A stretch of DNA of 64,000 nucleotides from Camelus ferus. Lineage: Eukaryota. The notes under the pieces were generated by a model. That model worked only from the letters and a program-made list of their open reading frames with translations, had not been told where the DNA came from and made no database searches. Both the position numbers and the translations under genes were made by a program. The DNA is taken from NCBI RefSeq assembly GCF_009834535.1, contig NC_045697.1, positions 105,464,001 to 105,528,000 on the forward strand, given 5' to 3'. Position 1 is the first letter of the stretch. Each line of letters opens with the position of its first letter. This document shows positions 1 through 11,885 of this stretch, one piece after another.

Positions 1-561
1 GTGTTCACAGCAGCTCTATTTACAACAGACAAGACATGGAAGCAACCTCAATGTCCATCGACAGATGACTGGATAAAGATGTGGTGTATGTGTGTACAAT
101 GGAACGCTACTCAACCAAAAAAAAGAATGAAATAATGCCATTTGCAGCAACATGGATGGACCTGGAGATCATTATTCTAAATGAAATAATTCAGACAGAC
201 CATATGATATCACTCATATGTGGAATCTAAAAAAAATGACACAAATGAATTTATTTACAAAACAGAAACAGACTTACAGACATAGATAACAAACTTACAG
301 TTACCAGAGGAGGAAGGGGTGGAGGAAGAGATAAATTGGGAGTTTGAGATTTGCAGATACTAACTACCATATATGAAGTAGGTAAACAACAAGTTTGTAC
401 CGTATAGCACAGGGAACTATATTCAATATCTCATAGTAACTTACAGTGAAAAAGAATATGAAAAGGAATATATGTATTTATATGTAGGACTGAAACATTA
501 TGCTGTGCACCAGAAACTGACACAACATTGTAAACCAACTATACTCAATTTAAAAAAAAAA
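1..561 (+). mobile_element. LINE-1 3' end (ORF2 C-terminus + cetartiodactyl-type 3'UTR + poly(A)), runs in from upstream of the window
   Basis: ATGCCATTTGCAGCAACATGGATGGACCTGGAGATCATTATTCTAA (ORF2 end), GGGAACTATATTCAATATC 3'UTR motif, A-tail at 552-561. Confidence 0.95.
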
Positions 562-599
562 GTCATCGTATCAGATTTAAAAATGCACTTTCTCATAAT

Positions 600-1010
600 A
601 GCTTTCTTGAAAGCTGAACCTGAAATGGGGCATTAGGATAGGTGGTTTATTTGAGAGGTGATCTCAGGAAGCTGGAGAGAGGGAGTGCGGAGCACCAGAT
701 GGGGAAGAGGAAGACGATATGCGGGTACATTATTGCAGTCCCTCCTGTAAGCAAAGGGTCCCTATTCTGCTGCAACCTCCCACAATTCTCCTGGAGGACT
801 GTGTGCTGTGCGCCACTGGCTGAGGGTTGTTTCAGGGGTCTTAACTGCCTGACATTCCTGGTCTGCCCTTTCAGCTGGCCCCGCAGCGTTCCCAGGACCT
901 GGGACAGAATGCGGAACGATCAGCGGCACACTCTGGGGATGGGATGATGTCAGCGCATTGTGGGTCTGAGACATGCAAATCTGTCCACCTATCTGTGGCT
1001 GAAACCGGAG
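600..1010 (-). mobile_element. Ancient ERVL solo LTR (LTR33/LTR16-like)
   Basis: GTTTATTTGAGAGGTGATCTCAGGAAGC and GGCTGAGGGTTG...TTAACTGCCTGACATTCC match the reverse strand of LTR33-type consensus. Confidence 0.65.
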
Positions 1011-1084
1011 GGAGGCCCAGGGCACGTGACACAGAGCGCACAGGCGTGGGCTCCAACTGCTGTTCACTCAGAAGAACCATCATG

Positions 1085-1240
1085 TGTTGAACGCTGTGCT
1101 AGAACTAAGCTGGGACATTTTCTCATTTAGTAATACAGCTACCCCCCACTACTCCCATGAAGTGGATGTTATATGTCTGCAATTCATAGAAGAAGATATG
1201 GAGGCTTCAGAAAGGTTAAATAACTTGCTCAAGAAACCAA
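1085..1240 (-). mobile_element. MIR SINE fragment
   Basis: GAGGCTTCAGAAAGGTTAAATAACTTGCTCAAG core. Confidence 0.75.
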
Positions 1241-2626
1241 CTATATCAAATGCCTAAGATCAAAGGGATTACATAGGATTCTTCCCTTGGGGTTGTGACC
1301 TGAATCCCCAGCTCCCCTGCACTTCACCCTTCCTCCGTGGCTCTAAACTTTGCCCTCCATCTTCTTACTAGTTTTTGTCATTACCTCCTCCTCCCAGCAT
1401 TTTTTCCCCATTTACTTGTTGTACTGCAACATTCTGCAAGTTTTGGCAAACATGTATATGTAACCATCATCACTACCATAATTAATACATAGAACAATTC
1501 TATCAACTTCAAAACTCCTCCAGGACTCCCTTTCTAGCTTCCTGCAACTACTGATTTGTTCTGTTTCCCTACGGTTTTGCCTTGGCGAGAATGTTGTATA
1601 AATGAAATCCTCCCATTTACTGTCTTTTGGGTCTGGTTTCTTTTGCTTAGAATAATGTATTTAGGAATCACCCGAGTTGTGAATATCAATTCCTTTCAAT
1701 TACTGAGTAGTATTCCACTGTACAGCTGGACTACAGTTTGTTTATCCGTTCCCTAGCTAAAGGACATTTGGATTGTTTCCAGTTTTTGATGATTACAAAG
1801 AAATCTGCTATAAGCATTTGCATAGAGGTAATTGTGTGAACAGTTTTTTATTTCGCTTAGGTAAATACCTAGGAGTCAGATTACCAGCTCTTATTGTAAG
1901 TGCATTTTTAACTTTTGAAGACACTGTCAGTTTGAGAAATTGACTTTACGATTTTGTATTCTCACCAATATTGCTCACATTCTCACCAGAACTTACTACT
2001 AAAAAATTTTTAAGCAATCCTAATAGGTGTTTAGCTGTATATAATTGTGGTTTTAATGCATTTCCCTAGTGATAAATGATGTTGGACATCTTTTCATGTA
2101 TTTACTTGCAATTTGTATATCATCTTTGGTGAAGTATCTGTTCAAATCCTTTGCTCATTTGTTTTATTGGTTGTTTACTTTCTTTCTGAATTTTGAGAAA
2201 TTATTTTAATATTCTGTATATATAGGTTTTTAAAATTAGATGTGAGTACTGCAAATATTCTCTCCCAGTATATAGCCAGTCCTTTTGTTCTCTTAAGAAT
2301 GTCTTTTGAAGGGTAGTTCTTAGTTTTTGTGGAGTCCAATTTGTCATATTGTGTGTGTGTGTGCTTTTGGTGTCATGCCTAAGAAATCTTTGGCTAACCC
2401 CAGGTCACAAAGATTTTCTCCTGTTTTCTGCTTAGATTTTTATAATTATAGGTTTTATAATTATAGGTATAGATACATTACTTATTTTGAGTTCATTTTT
2501 TGTATGGGGAACAAAGTATAGATCAAGATACTTTAAAAAATGAATCACTAATTGTTTTGGCCCATTTGGTGAAAAGATAATCCTTTCACCATTGAATAGG
2601 TTTTATACCTTTATCAAAAGTCAACT

Positions 2627-2728
2627 GGGGACGGGTATGGCTCAGTGGTAGAGTGCATGCTTAGCATGCACGAGGTCCTGGGTTCAATCCCTGGAACCTC
2701 CATTAAATAAATAAATACATAAAAATCT
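2627..2728 (+). mobile_element. tRNA-Ala(AGC)-derived SINE, camelid vic-1 type
   Basis: Box A TGGCTCAGTGG, anticodon arm CATGCTTAGCATG, box B GGTTCAATCC, (TAAA)n tail; TSD AAAAGTCAACTG at 2616-2627 and 2729-2740. Confidence 0.9.
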
Positions 2729-2899
2729 AAAAGTCAACTGACCATATATGTGTGGGTCTGTTTTGGGAACCTCTATTGTGTTCCGTTGATCATTTCTTTG
2801 TTTCTCCAATACCACATGCTGTCTTGATTAGTGTAGCTTTACAGAAAGTCTGGAAATAAGTTAGTGTTATTCCTTTAAATTTCTTTTTCTTTTTAAAAA

Positions 2900-3969
2900 A
2901 TGACAAACCTACAGCCAGCATAGTACTCAACGGTGAAAAACTCAAAAGCTTCCCACTAAAATCTGGGACAAGACAAGGATGCCCACTATCACCACTCCCA
3001 TTCAACATAGTCCTGGAAGTCCTAGCCACAGCAGTCAGGCAAGAGAAAGAAATAAAAGGGATCCAAATTGGAAAAGAAGAGGTAAAAGTGTCATTATATG
3101 CTGATGACATGTTACTATATATAGAAAACCCTAAAAGGTCCACACAAAAGCTACTAGAGCTGATTGAAGAATTCAGCAAGGTAGCAGGTTACAAAATTAA
3201 CGTTCAAAAATCAGTTGCATTTCTTTACACTAACGATAAATCAACAGAAGAAGAAAGTAAAGAAACAGTCCCCTTTAAAATAGCACCCAAAGTAATAAAA
3301 TATCTGGGAATAAATCTAACCAAGGAGGTGAAAGAATTATACACAGAAAACTATAAACCATTGATGAAGGAAATTAAAGAAGACTTTAAAAAATGGAAAG
3401 ATATTCCATGCTCTTGGATTGGAAGAATCAATATTGTTAAAATGGTCACACTGCCCAAGGCAATCTACAGATTTAATGCAATCCCTATCCAATTACCCAG
3501 GACATATTTCACAGAACTAGAACAAATCATAATAAAATTTATATGGAACCATCAAAGACCTAGAATTGCCAAAGCATTACTGAAGAGAAAGATAGAGGCT
3601 GGAGGAAAAACTCTCCCAGACTTCAGACAATACTATAGAGCTACAGTCATCAAGACAGCATGGTATTGGTACCAAAACAGACATATAGACCAATGGAACA
3701 GAATAGAGAGCCCAGAAATGAACCCACAAACTTTTGGTCAACTCATCTTCGACAAAGGAAGCAAGAATATACAATGGAATAAAGACAGTCTCTTCAGCAA
3801 ATGGTGTTGGGAAAACTGGACAGCAGCATGTAAAACAATGAAGCTAGAACACTCCCTTACACCATATACAAAAATCAACTCAAAATGGATTAAAGACTTA
3901 AACATAAGACAAGATACAATAAACCTCCTAGAGGAAAACATAGGCAAAACATTATCTGACATATATTTT
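2900..3969 (+). mobile_element. Young L1 internal ORF2 fragment (RT domain to downstream region), uninterrupted frame 2902-3969, no 3'UTR/poly(A)
   Basis: Translation [31 protein letters not shown]...[10 protein letters not shown]...KYLGINLT...LGKTLSD-like end (IGKTLSDI); no stop or frameshift over about 356 codons. Confidence 0.95.
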
Positions 3970-6959
3970 TGACTTTTAATGCTATTTTATTTTGTTTTTT
4001 CAAAAAACCCCCCAAAACAAACAAACAAAAAAACAATTTCAGCATCAGCTTGATGATTTCCTAAAAACAATTCTACTGGATTTTGATTGGAATTCTATTG
4101 AATCTACAGATCATTTGGGGGGGGGACTGACATCTTAACAATAATCCACTTATTTTATTACTAAGTAGTCATCACACAGAGGGACTGAACATAAGCAGTA
4201 TATTGAAAGGAAGACATAATTATTAAAGTGCGACTGCTAAATAGTTAGGAAACCATGAACCCTTCTGTTTTCCATGTTTACCTATAAGTATCAACAAACG
4301 AATACAACCTTGCGTTGTTCGCTGGGAGAAAGAAACAGTGTGTGTTGATCAGGAGAGAAGTGCTAGTTTTGTCTTGCAGCCCCTCTAACTGTTAGTTTCC
4401 CTTCCTATGTGACTGAAATATCTGAATCTGCCAAGTACAAATTATGTATCATATATATTTAGGGAATCCAGTAAGTTGTTAAAGAATCATGACATGTTAG
4501 AATACATTTTAAAAGTATTCCTTACCCTTAAAGCCAAAAAACTGGGGCTCTTACAGGAAGTAAATCTAGTTTTTTCTTAGTTTTTAAAACGCAGAATAAG
4601 GCAAATAGAGAGCTGATGTTTCCTGCAGGCTCTCTGGCACTGGCTATTTCAGTTACTTCTTGAGGATGTTTTTCAGTGGCAATTCTGCCTCATTGCTAGA
4701 ATTCTCTGAGTGTCAATACCTAGTTTTTAATTGATAACTGAAAAAAGCACAAATCTTTCTGACACGGAAGGAGTGGATTTGTCCCACACTGGTAACTTAG
4801 AATATTGTCACCTTTACCTCTGGGCATCAGGCTCCTTCCTGTTGTTGCTGCCCCAGATTCAACTTTCAAAACTCCGCTGCTTGCCAGCGCAGTGTTTCAA
4901 CCTCCCCCAGCCTATTGCTGGCTTCTTGGCAGAATGTCAAACCTGTCCAGGCAGGACGTCAGACCCGTCCAGATTAAACTAGCTTGATCGAAGAAACAAG
5001 CCAGTGCAAAACAGCAAGATCCTCGTTAATTTTAATTAACAGCTCCAAACAGAGTTGCATAACAAGGTCATTTTCCCTAAATGAATTATTAGAAATCATA
5101 TAAGAAGTAAACTTCTCCTAGCAGTACTTTTAAACCCCAGGAGTTGGCAAAAACTGCCCCAGAGAATATCCGTCTTTCCAAAGCTGTCCACTCTCAAAAT
5201 TCATGTGACTTCATTCCCTGAAGTCATGGTCTGTAGCTATTTCTCCCCTCTTTCCCTCAGATTCAAATGACTGCAAAGTTCAAAGCTTTTCAGAGAATGC
5301 TATGCAGTGATATTTCCTCATCTGGAAAAAAATAATTATGAAAATCTAAACAGTTTGGAACAATAAGGAAAATCATTTTCCTTATAAACTGAGAATACCT
5401 GATGTCTTCCAGGGGACACAAAACAATGCCTTCTCTAGATAGATGTTCACTCACTTATCCACTTTATTGACCCTTTTGCTTATTACAAATTAATTGGGCA
5501 CATTTTTCATAAATTAAGGTCCCTGTTTTTTTCCCCTTATTTCATCTTTCACTTACTTGTGTGTGATGTCTTAATCTTTCCCCAAAGCAACTCCCCAATA
5601 CTGTTTCTCTGAAAACCTTTAATTTGTAATGGGATGTACAGAGAATAGTATTTTCCTAAGTGTTTGGGAATCCCACTTTTATTGAAATACTATCTAAATA
5701 TCTGAATAAAATTATCAGTAAAAAAAAGTGCTAAAAATTTGAACTTGGACATGTAAATATAAACATCATACTAGATTGACAGTTTTGCAGACTTCTCCAT
5801 AAACTGTCAGAAAGGATTTATAAACCCTAATCATTCATGTGAATAAATACAAATACGCATGAACATTGTTGGCTTCTTTGCAGACTGATACCCTAGTAAA
5901 GAGATGAAAGCATGTAGCTTAAAGGTTGATCTAAGAAACTCAGATTTGGAGTTTACTGTAACAATTCTAGTGAAAAATCAAAACACTGCCAAAAACTATG
6001 GAAACCGCTGACCGAGCAGCCTGAATCTGAAAGAAGCATGCGCTAAACTGTAGGGGTTGAACTAAACATATGGTATTGGATTACCATTAATCTGGAGAAA
6101 CAGACCATCAGCAAGTTGAGAAAAGAATCTCTTATTGCAGTGATGTGTCAAGGCTTTGAGTTTTCGTTCTCACTCTTTCTTTCTGATTTGTCTTCTAGTG
6201 TTTGCCTCATTGTCATGTAGGGATAAATGGTTTTCATAACGGGATTCCCTATGTAAATGCTTATGCACATGTTCTCACCAATAACCTGTTACTGTCAAAC
6301 TGACACTGACATATATGTGTATATCTCTATATCTGTAGATACAGATATAACTATATATTTATGAGATTGAATATGTAAAAATATACGTACATTTCTATGC
6401 ATTATAGGTTGAACATATATAAATCTGGCAATCTTTTTTTCTTTCTAAATTCATGTTTAACCTATTAAATGCTTCACTCTAGGTGAATTATAATAGTGTA
6501 TAAACTATGAGGAGATGGCATATATACTTAGATACAGCTTGGTGACCTTGGTGGTTTCACTGTGCAAGTTGCTTGATGAATGCATGAGTAAACCAGTTGA
6601 TTATTTTGCCTCTGGCCTTCTGACTTCACTGGATGCAACTTTCTAGGTGAGGTCTGAGACACATGGATACAGAAAGACATGAGAAGAAAAGTTTGTTCCC
6701 TTGATTTCGGCATAAGAAGACTTAGAAGAAAAGAGCCTGCATTCTATTAAGAACAAAATAAGCTGACGGTTGATTAATGACATAAAAAGAATTAAACCAA
6801 ACCAAAAATAATGAATAAATTTGTCTCAACACATTCTAAAATCAATTCAATCAAGGTGAGTTCAATCAGTAGTTCTACAGAAATAGTTCCATCTACACGT
6901 GGTGTCTATAATGATAATACACACATATTTGCAAGAACCTCAAAGTATCCAATATTTAC

Positions 6960-7110
6960 ACTTTATATGCTTTATCATAATATGTTAAAACACACCATTT
7001 TTGTGCTTATTTCCCCACTGGACCCTTGAGAACAGGAAAGTCTGTTCCCTCTGGTGTTTCTGGTGGTTAGCTCAGGGCTCTGTGCATCACAGGAAGACCT
7101 TGCAGGACTG
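6960..7110 (+). mobile_element. L2 3' end fragment
   Basis: CCCCACTGGACCCTTGAGAACAGG...CAGGGCTCTGTGCATCACAGGAAG resembles the L2 3' terminus. Confidence 0.5.
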
Positions 7111-8169
7111 GCTGGTGAGCCAAGTGGCAAGGAGAATGAGCAGGGAGTTGTTGGAAGTGGCTGAGATAGGACGTGCTTCAGACACCACAAGCTGCAACCC
7201 TGGGAGAGCTGGGAAATGCCAAGACCTGCTCTTCCAGGACGGTGTTTATACAAATACTGGAATCAAGTTCTTTGCTGTAATTGTCTATGGCTCTAATTCA
7301 CCTCCCAATTCCTCTAGGTTTAGGATTAGAGAACTCTGAAACTATTACGCAAATTTACTGTTATCATAATTTTCTTCTTATTCTTTACTTACTTCTTTAT
7401 TTCTTCTGCCTTAAACCATGGTCTTTAAAATATGGAAGCATTAACGAGGGACCCATATACATTCTATCTGTCTTCTATTGGATTATATGCCATGACTGAG
7501 TATAGATTCTGCTCTAAAAGTTGAGTAAACAGAAAAAGAATCAGACTTATGAAAATTCATTGAAGTCCATGGAGAAAGAGAAGAAGATAAAGAGGGGGAC
7601 AGGGAAGGGGAGAGAGGAGGAGAGAGAGAATACGAATATGGATGTGGGAGTCAAAAGGAGACAATCCAACCATCTGGAATTATTGTATGTATATGGAAAA
7701 CTTATCTGCTTAATTAATAAAATGGAATCAGGAGGAGCAAAATGATGAAAGTTGAATTGATGTAGTAAAAGATATATTCACCCATAATTCAGAAATTAGG
7801 AAATTACAAAAATATGAGGAACATAGATGACCCATCCAAGAGACTAATCTATATAAAATGGAATTTCTGTAAGAACTATAAAGGATGAATCAAAAGCAAT
7901 GGTCAAAGGAAAAAGGAAAACTCCATAACGGCAAAAGGATGATCTCAGCCTCAACATCTAGAATGTGCATTGAAGTACATTTATGAAAACAGAACCACGC
8001 CTCCACATATTCTCATGCAATCTTTAAAAGCCCAGGATCACATAAAAATCAGGAAAAACACACTGAGAAGAAAAATATCAACATAGGTTCCCCAGGTTCC
8101 CTACAAAGGACATTGATTCTCTTTTCATTTCATTGCTATTAAGCATTAGAAAATAAAGGAATAGAGGTT

Positions 8170-8407
8170 AACAGTTGAGATCATGGAGAGGTTGGAGACA
8201 GACTGCCTGGTTTCAAAATGTGGCTTTGCTGAATATTAGTTATTTGAGCTGTGGCAACGTCCTTACCCTCTTTGTGCCTCATTTTCATCAATAATGCAAT
8301 GCAGATAATAAATACACTTTCTTATGGTCATTGTTAGGATTAAATGAATTAGTATATTTAAAGTATTTAGAAGTGTACCTGAGACGTAGTAAGCATAACA
8401 TATGTTC
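8170..8407 (+). mobile_element. MIR SINE, near full length
   Basis: GGAGACAGACTGCCTGGTTTC...CTCTTTGTGCCTCATTTT...AGGATTAAATGAATTAG. Confidence 0.85.
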
Positions 8408-8496
8408 TTTTTCTTCTGCTTCCCTCCTCTTCCTCCTCCTCCTTTTCTCCTCTCTCCACTCTTCCCCTCCCCCTCCTTCTACTCCTTCCTCTTCTC
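8408..8496. repeat. Polypyrimidine (CT/CCT-rich) low-complexity tract
   Basis: TCCCTCCTCTTCCTCCTCCTCCTTTTCTCC... Confidence 0.8.
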
Positions 8497-10569
8497 ATTG
8501 TTGCTGTTTGATTACAGCACTTTGAAAGAATTTTATACCCAGTCAAGTTATTAACGTGCAAAGGCAACAGAAAGCAATTAGTTGATAAATGAATTAAAAA
8601 TATGCTATCCAGGCAACGTCAAAAAATAATTTGAAAACCTGAGTTATGATAATACAAACTGTGTCAATGACCTGAAGGGAAATGGTGGTTGCCAAGGGCC
8701 ACCAGTCTTAATTATTAGTAAAAATTATTAGATCAAGTCATTAGCCTAATAATTTTTAAAGTACCATGTGGGTTACAAAATTTGGTTTCCCTTTAAAATA
8801 CATAGCTCCTGTTGTATAAGACATTAAAGAAGGAAAAATACAGGATCCATATCTTAAATTAAAATAAAATTTAAAAATTGGAGACTATTTAAAAACAAAA
8901 GGCATGACGTGTTTTACTCTTCAATGGCCATTAACAAATGATTACTTTGCCCTTAACTCTATGGTTACGTTAATATGCTTTTATGACTCTCTTAGGAAAA
9001 TTTAAGATAGTTACTTAAGGAATAAGTGTAGACTTTCTTCTTTTCAAAGTAAAGATTATAAACAACAGCAACCCGCCCCCCTCCCCAAACCAAACCTCTA
9101 TTTAGTAAAAATAAATAGGGAAAAACCAGCAAGCAAGTATTTTAAAGAAATAAAAAGAAAATGCATATTGATAGAAACATGACGAAGTATTAGATTAATA
9201 AAATGTATATTAGTTAAACATCTCAATGAAAGAACAAATCCAGTGGTATGCTATTTATAATTTCCTCATATATTTTATCATATATAATTTCCTCATATAT
9301 AACATATATTTGGAAACATTGGCAAATAAATTCAGGGCAAATACAAGGCAAAAGGAAGCAATGTTAGTATTACATAAAGCAGAATTTAAAGCGAAAACAT
9401 TAAATGCTTTAAGGAGGGTCATTTTAATCAAAAGATAGTAAAACTAGGAACAAAGATAAAAACACTCAAAAATCCTCATGCATGGAGTAACACTGTATCA
9501 GGAACAGAGAAGGTGAAAGCTTTTGAAATTCAAAGTAGCTTTAGCAAAATTCAGTTATCGTGAGAGGTTTTAATTACCATGATAGATCAATTAGACAAAT
9601 AAATTGTTAAGAATAGAAACACTTCATCTCAATATCATTAGAAATAAAGTAAAATAAAATAAGATACCTTTTTCTAGCTATCAAGTGATCAAGTACTTTT
9701 TGAAAATATAATAGCCAACATTAACCAGTGTTTGTTGAGATAGACCATCTTGCGGCTGATGGATATGTGAATGAATACAATTTATGAGAAAAACAATTTG
9801 GCCATGTCCTTCAAGAGCCTTGGAGAGGCTCATATTCTTTGTCAGAATATTTTCAACAGTTGGAGACAGATTGAACAAAGATCTATATATGTGCACATTA
9901 AATGCAGAATTCTTTGAATAGAAAAACAATGTAAAGAAAATATTCATTAGCAGAGGAATGGTTAGATAAATTATTTTTGCCATACATTATAATACTGTAA
10001 TTGAGTATTATAAAAATATCTGTAATATTTTTGAAGAATATTGATTGACATAAGGAAAAGGAAAATAAGAATAATATTTATATTACAAAAAATTATTTAA
10101 AAATTCAATAAACAGCATGGTTCTTTTTTTTTGGTTAAAAATAGAAGTGTATAGAAAAGTGTCTAAAAATAAATAACTAAATGTTAACAGTGGTTATATC
10201 TTGGTGGTGTTACAGGTAATTTTTCATGCTCTTTTTTGTATATTTAAAAATTTTTCATTAAGAATTTATTACTCATGATGAAAAAAATTTAGGTAAGAAA
10301 GAGCAAGGAGAGAATTGCTAAATGAATGCGTAGAAGAGAATGCTTTGAAAAGTACATTTTCTGAATTGTTCTTTTTGTTTTTTGACATTACATAAATAGT
10401 ACCTATAAATGAGTACATGTCTCTAATGTTTTCCTTCCCCAAGACCTACAAAACACCAAGTATGACTGAAAAACAGGAGCATCAGCTACATAATCACTCT
10501 TCTCTACCATATTAACACAGTTGAGTATTTGTATAGAACTCTGTATATAAGTAAATATTTTCACAATCA

Positions 10570-10700
10570 TCACCTTATTTAACTTTCATAACATTGCTCT
10601 GAAAAAGTGATTCTACTAATGCCAATCTATAGATGGGGAAACTGAGACCCAGAAAGATGAAAATTACTTACTGCAGGACACAGATAAAATCCAGAGCTCT
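10570..10700 (-). mobile_element. MIR fragment
   Basis: ATAGATGGGGAAACTGAGACCCAGAAAG core. Confidence 0.8.
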
Positions 10701-11689
10701 CTGCAGCACTCCTCCACCTGCACTGTTGATGTAGATACATGAAGTCCAGCCTGGTGCTTTTACTCAGTCCCTCCTCCTCTTGAGTTTTTATTAGGATCTT
10801 GGTGTCACATCTTACTACTATTGTGTAGACATACCTAAGAAAGATGGAGAAACATTTTACCCCTTAGGAGGAATGGTTTAAAATAAAAACTATTAATGAC
10901 ACAAAATTGTGATTACCCAGAAAAATTCATATTCGTTTTGTTTTAGTTTTTATCGGGATATCAATTTTGAGGCACACAGAGTCAACCTAGGATTGTAAAT
11001 TTACACCTATTATCTTTTCCTTTTCAAGACTTAAAAAATTTTTTTACAGTAGTTTTCAATTCACAACAAAACTGAGAGGTAGGTACACCTTTTATCCTGA
11101 TATCTCTCTACAACTACAAGCCACAAGTGATGCTGGACGGTTTGCATTTTTGTGACTAATTTAACCTTAAATTTATTCGGGACTTTGGTCTACATGTAAA
11201 ACTCAGCCAGGCATTAATGGAAGAGCCACTGGGTATTGAAAGTGAGTATATTCAGCATTTTGTCTGGGCTAGAAGTCAATCAGAATGCAATCATTCATTA
11301 AGACTCCTGCAAGCAGTAGTCACCGTGCTCTGCCAACATTCATCAAGTTAAGGGCCAGGAAATGTGAGTGCCAGGGCACATCTCACCGAGACAGCACAAA
11401 AAGTCAGCTCGTCTCATTTACAACGCGGCCATGGCTGTCTTGCCCAGAACGACACACTCGGAGGGGAATCTGAGAGGCAGTTCAGACATTTTTCACTGGG
11501 TTTGTTCCCACCAGGAATACCCTATAAGAAACAAACCAGGATACTTATTTTCTTGTTTTTGATTTTCACAAGAATGGTTAGAACACGGTGCTGATGCCTT
11601 GCTGACCAAGAAATCAAAGAAGCCAGCACAAAGTTGAGCAGTGAATATAGGAGTCACGTTGAGGGAGAATGTTGAAGTGGGAACACCCA

Positions 11690-11885
11690 ACAACTTTGTA
11701 GGAAGACAGCTTAAATCTTAGCTCCCTCTTGCTAATTCGACATTCCTAGGCCAGTTATTTATTTATTTTTCTGAAATTAAGTATACTTATCTGTAAGCTA
11801 TCTACTCTGTAGGGTTGTTATAGGAAATCTATCAAGTAATGCAAAGCACCTGGAAAAAAATGCACAGCAAGCGGTAGCTATTATA
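11690..11885 (+). mobile_element. MIR fragment
   Basis: TAGGCCAGTTATTT...TATCTGTAAG...AGGGTTGTTATAGGAA...AAAGCACCTGG. Confidence 0.6.

Larger units (their letters stand above)
1420..4143 (-). mobile_element. Old L1M 3' region (3'UTR + ORF2 end), interrupted by a SINE (2627-2728) and a young L1 fragment (2900-3969)
   Basis: GGACATTTGGATTGTTTCCAGTTTTTG, GGTAAATACCTAGGAGT, CCCAGGTCACAAAGATTTTCTCCTG; resumes after 3970 with GATTTTGATTGGAATTCTATTGAATCTACAGATC. Confidence 0.85.
7650..10290 (+). mobile_element. Very old, fragmented L1ME/HAL1-like LINE (ORF1-like, endonuclease remnants, L1ME 3' end), interrupted by MIR
   Basis: GAATTTTATACCCAGTCAAG (ORF1), GCAGAATTTAAAGCGAAAACATT (EN), AAATGTTAACAGTGGTTATATCTTGG (L1ME 3'UTR). 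Confidence 0.55.

Noticed and set aside
2627..2702. tRNA-Ala gene
   Set aside because: The 5' end is extended and altered, and it has an AT-rich tail and a TSD, so it is a SINE copy rather than a tRNA gene.
3088..3972. 294-aa ORF as a host or domesticated gene
   Set aside because: It is an internal L1 ORF2 piece with no promoter, real start or splice context; the open frame is explained by youth.
4731..6861. Scattered splice-like sites (acceptors at 5260 and 5883, donor at 6856, minus-strand donor near 4817)
   Set aside because: They do not pair into convincing exons and encode no recognisable peptide.
11387..11521. Minus-strand exon-like unit (TTCTTATAG ... G|GTGAGA)
   Set aside because: All three frames are closed and there is no partner exon; indistinguishable from a pseudo-exon.
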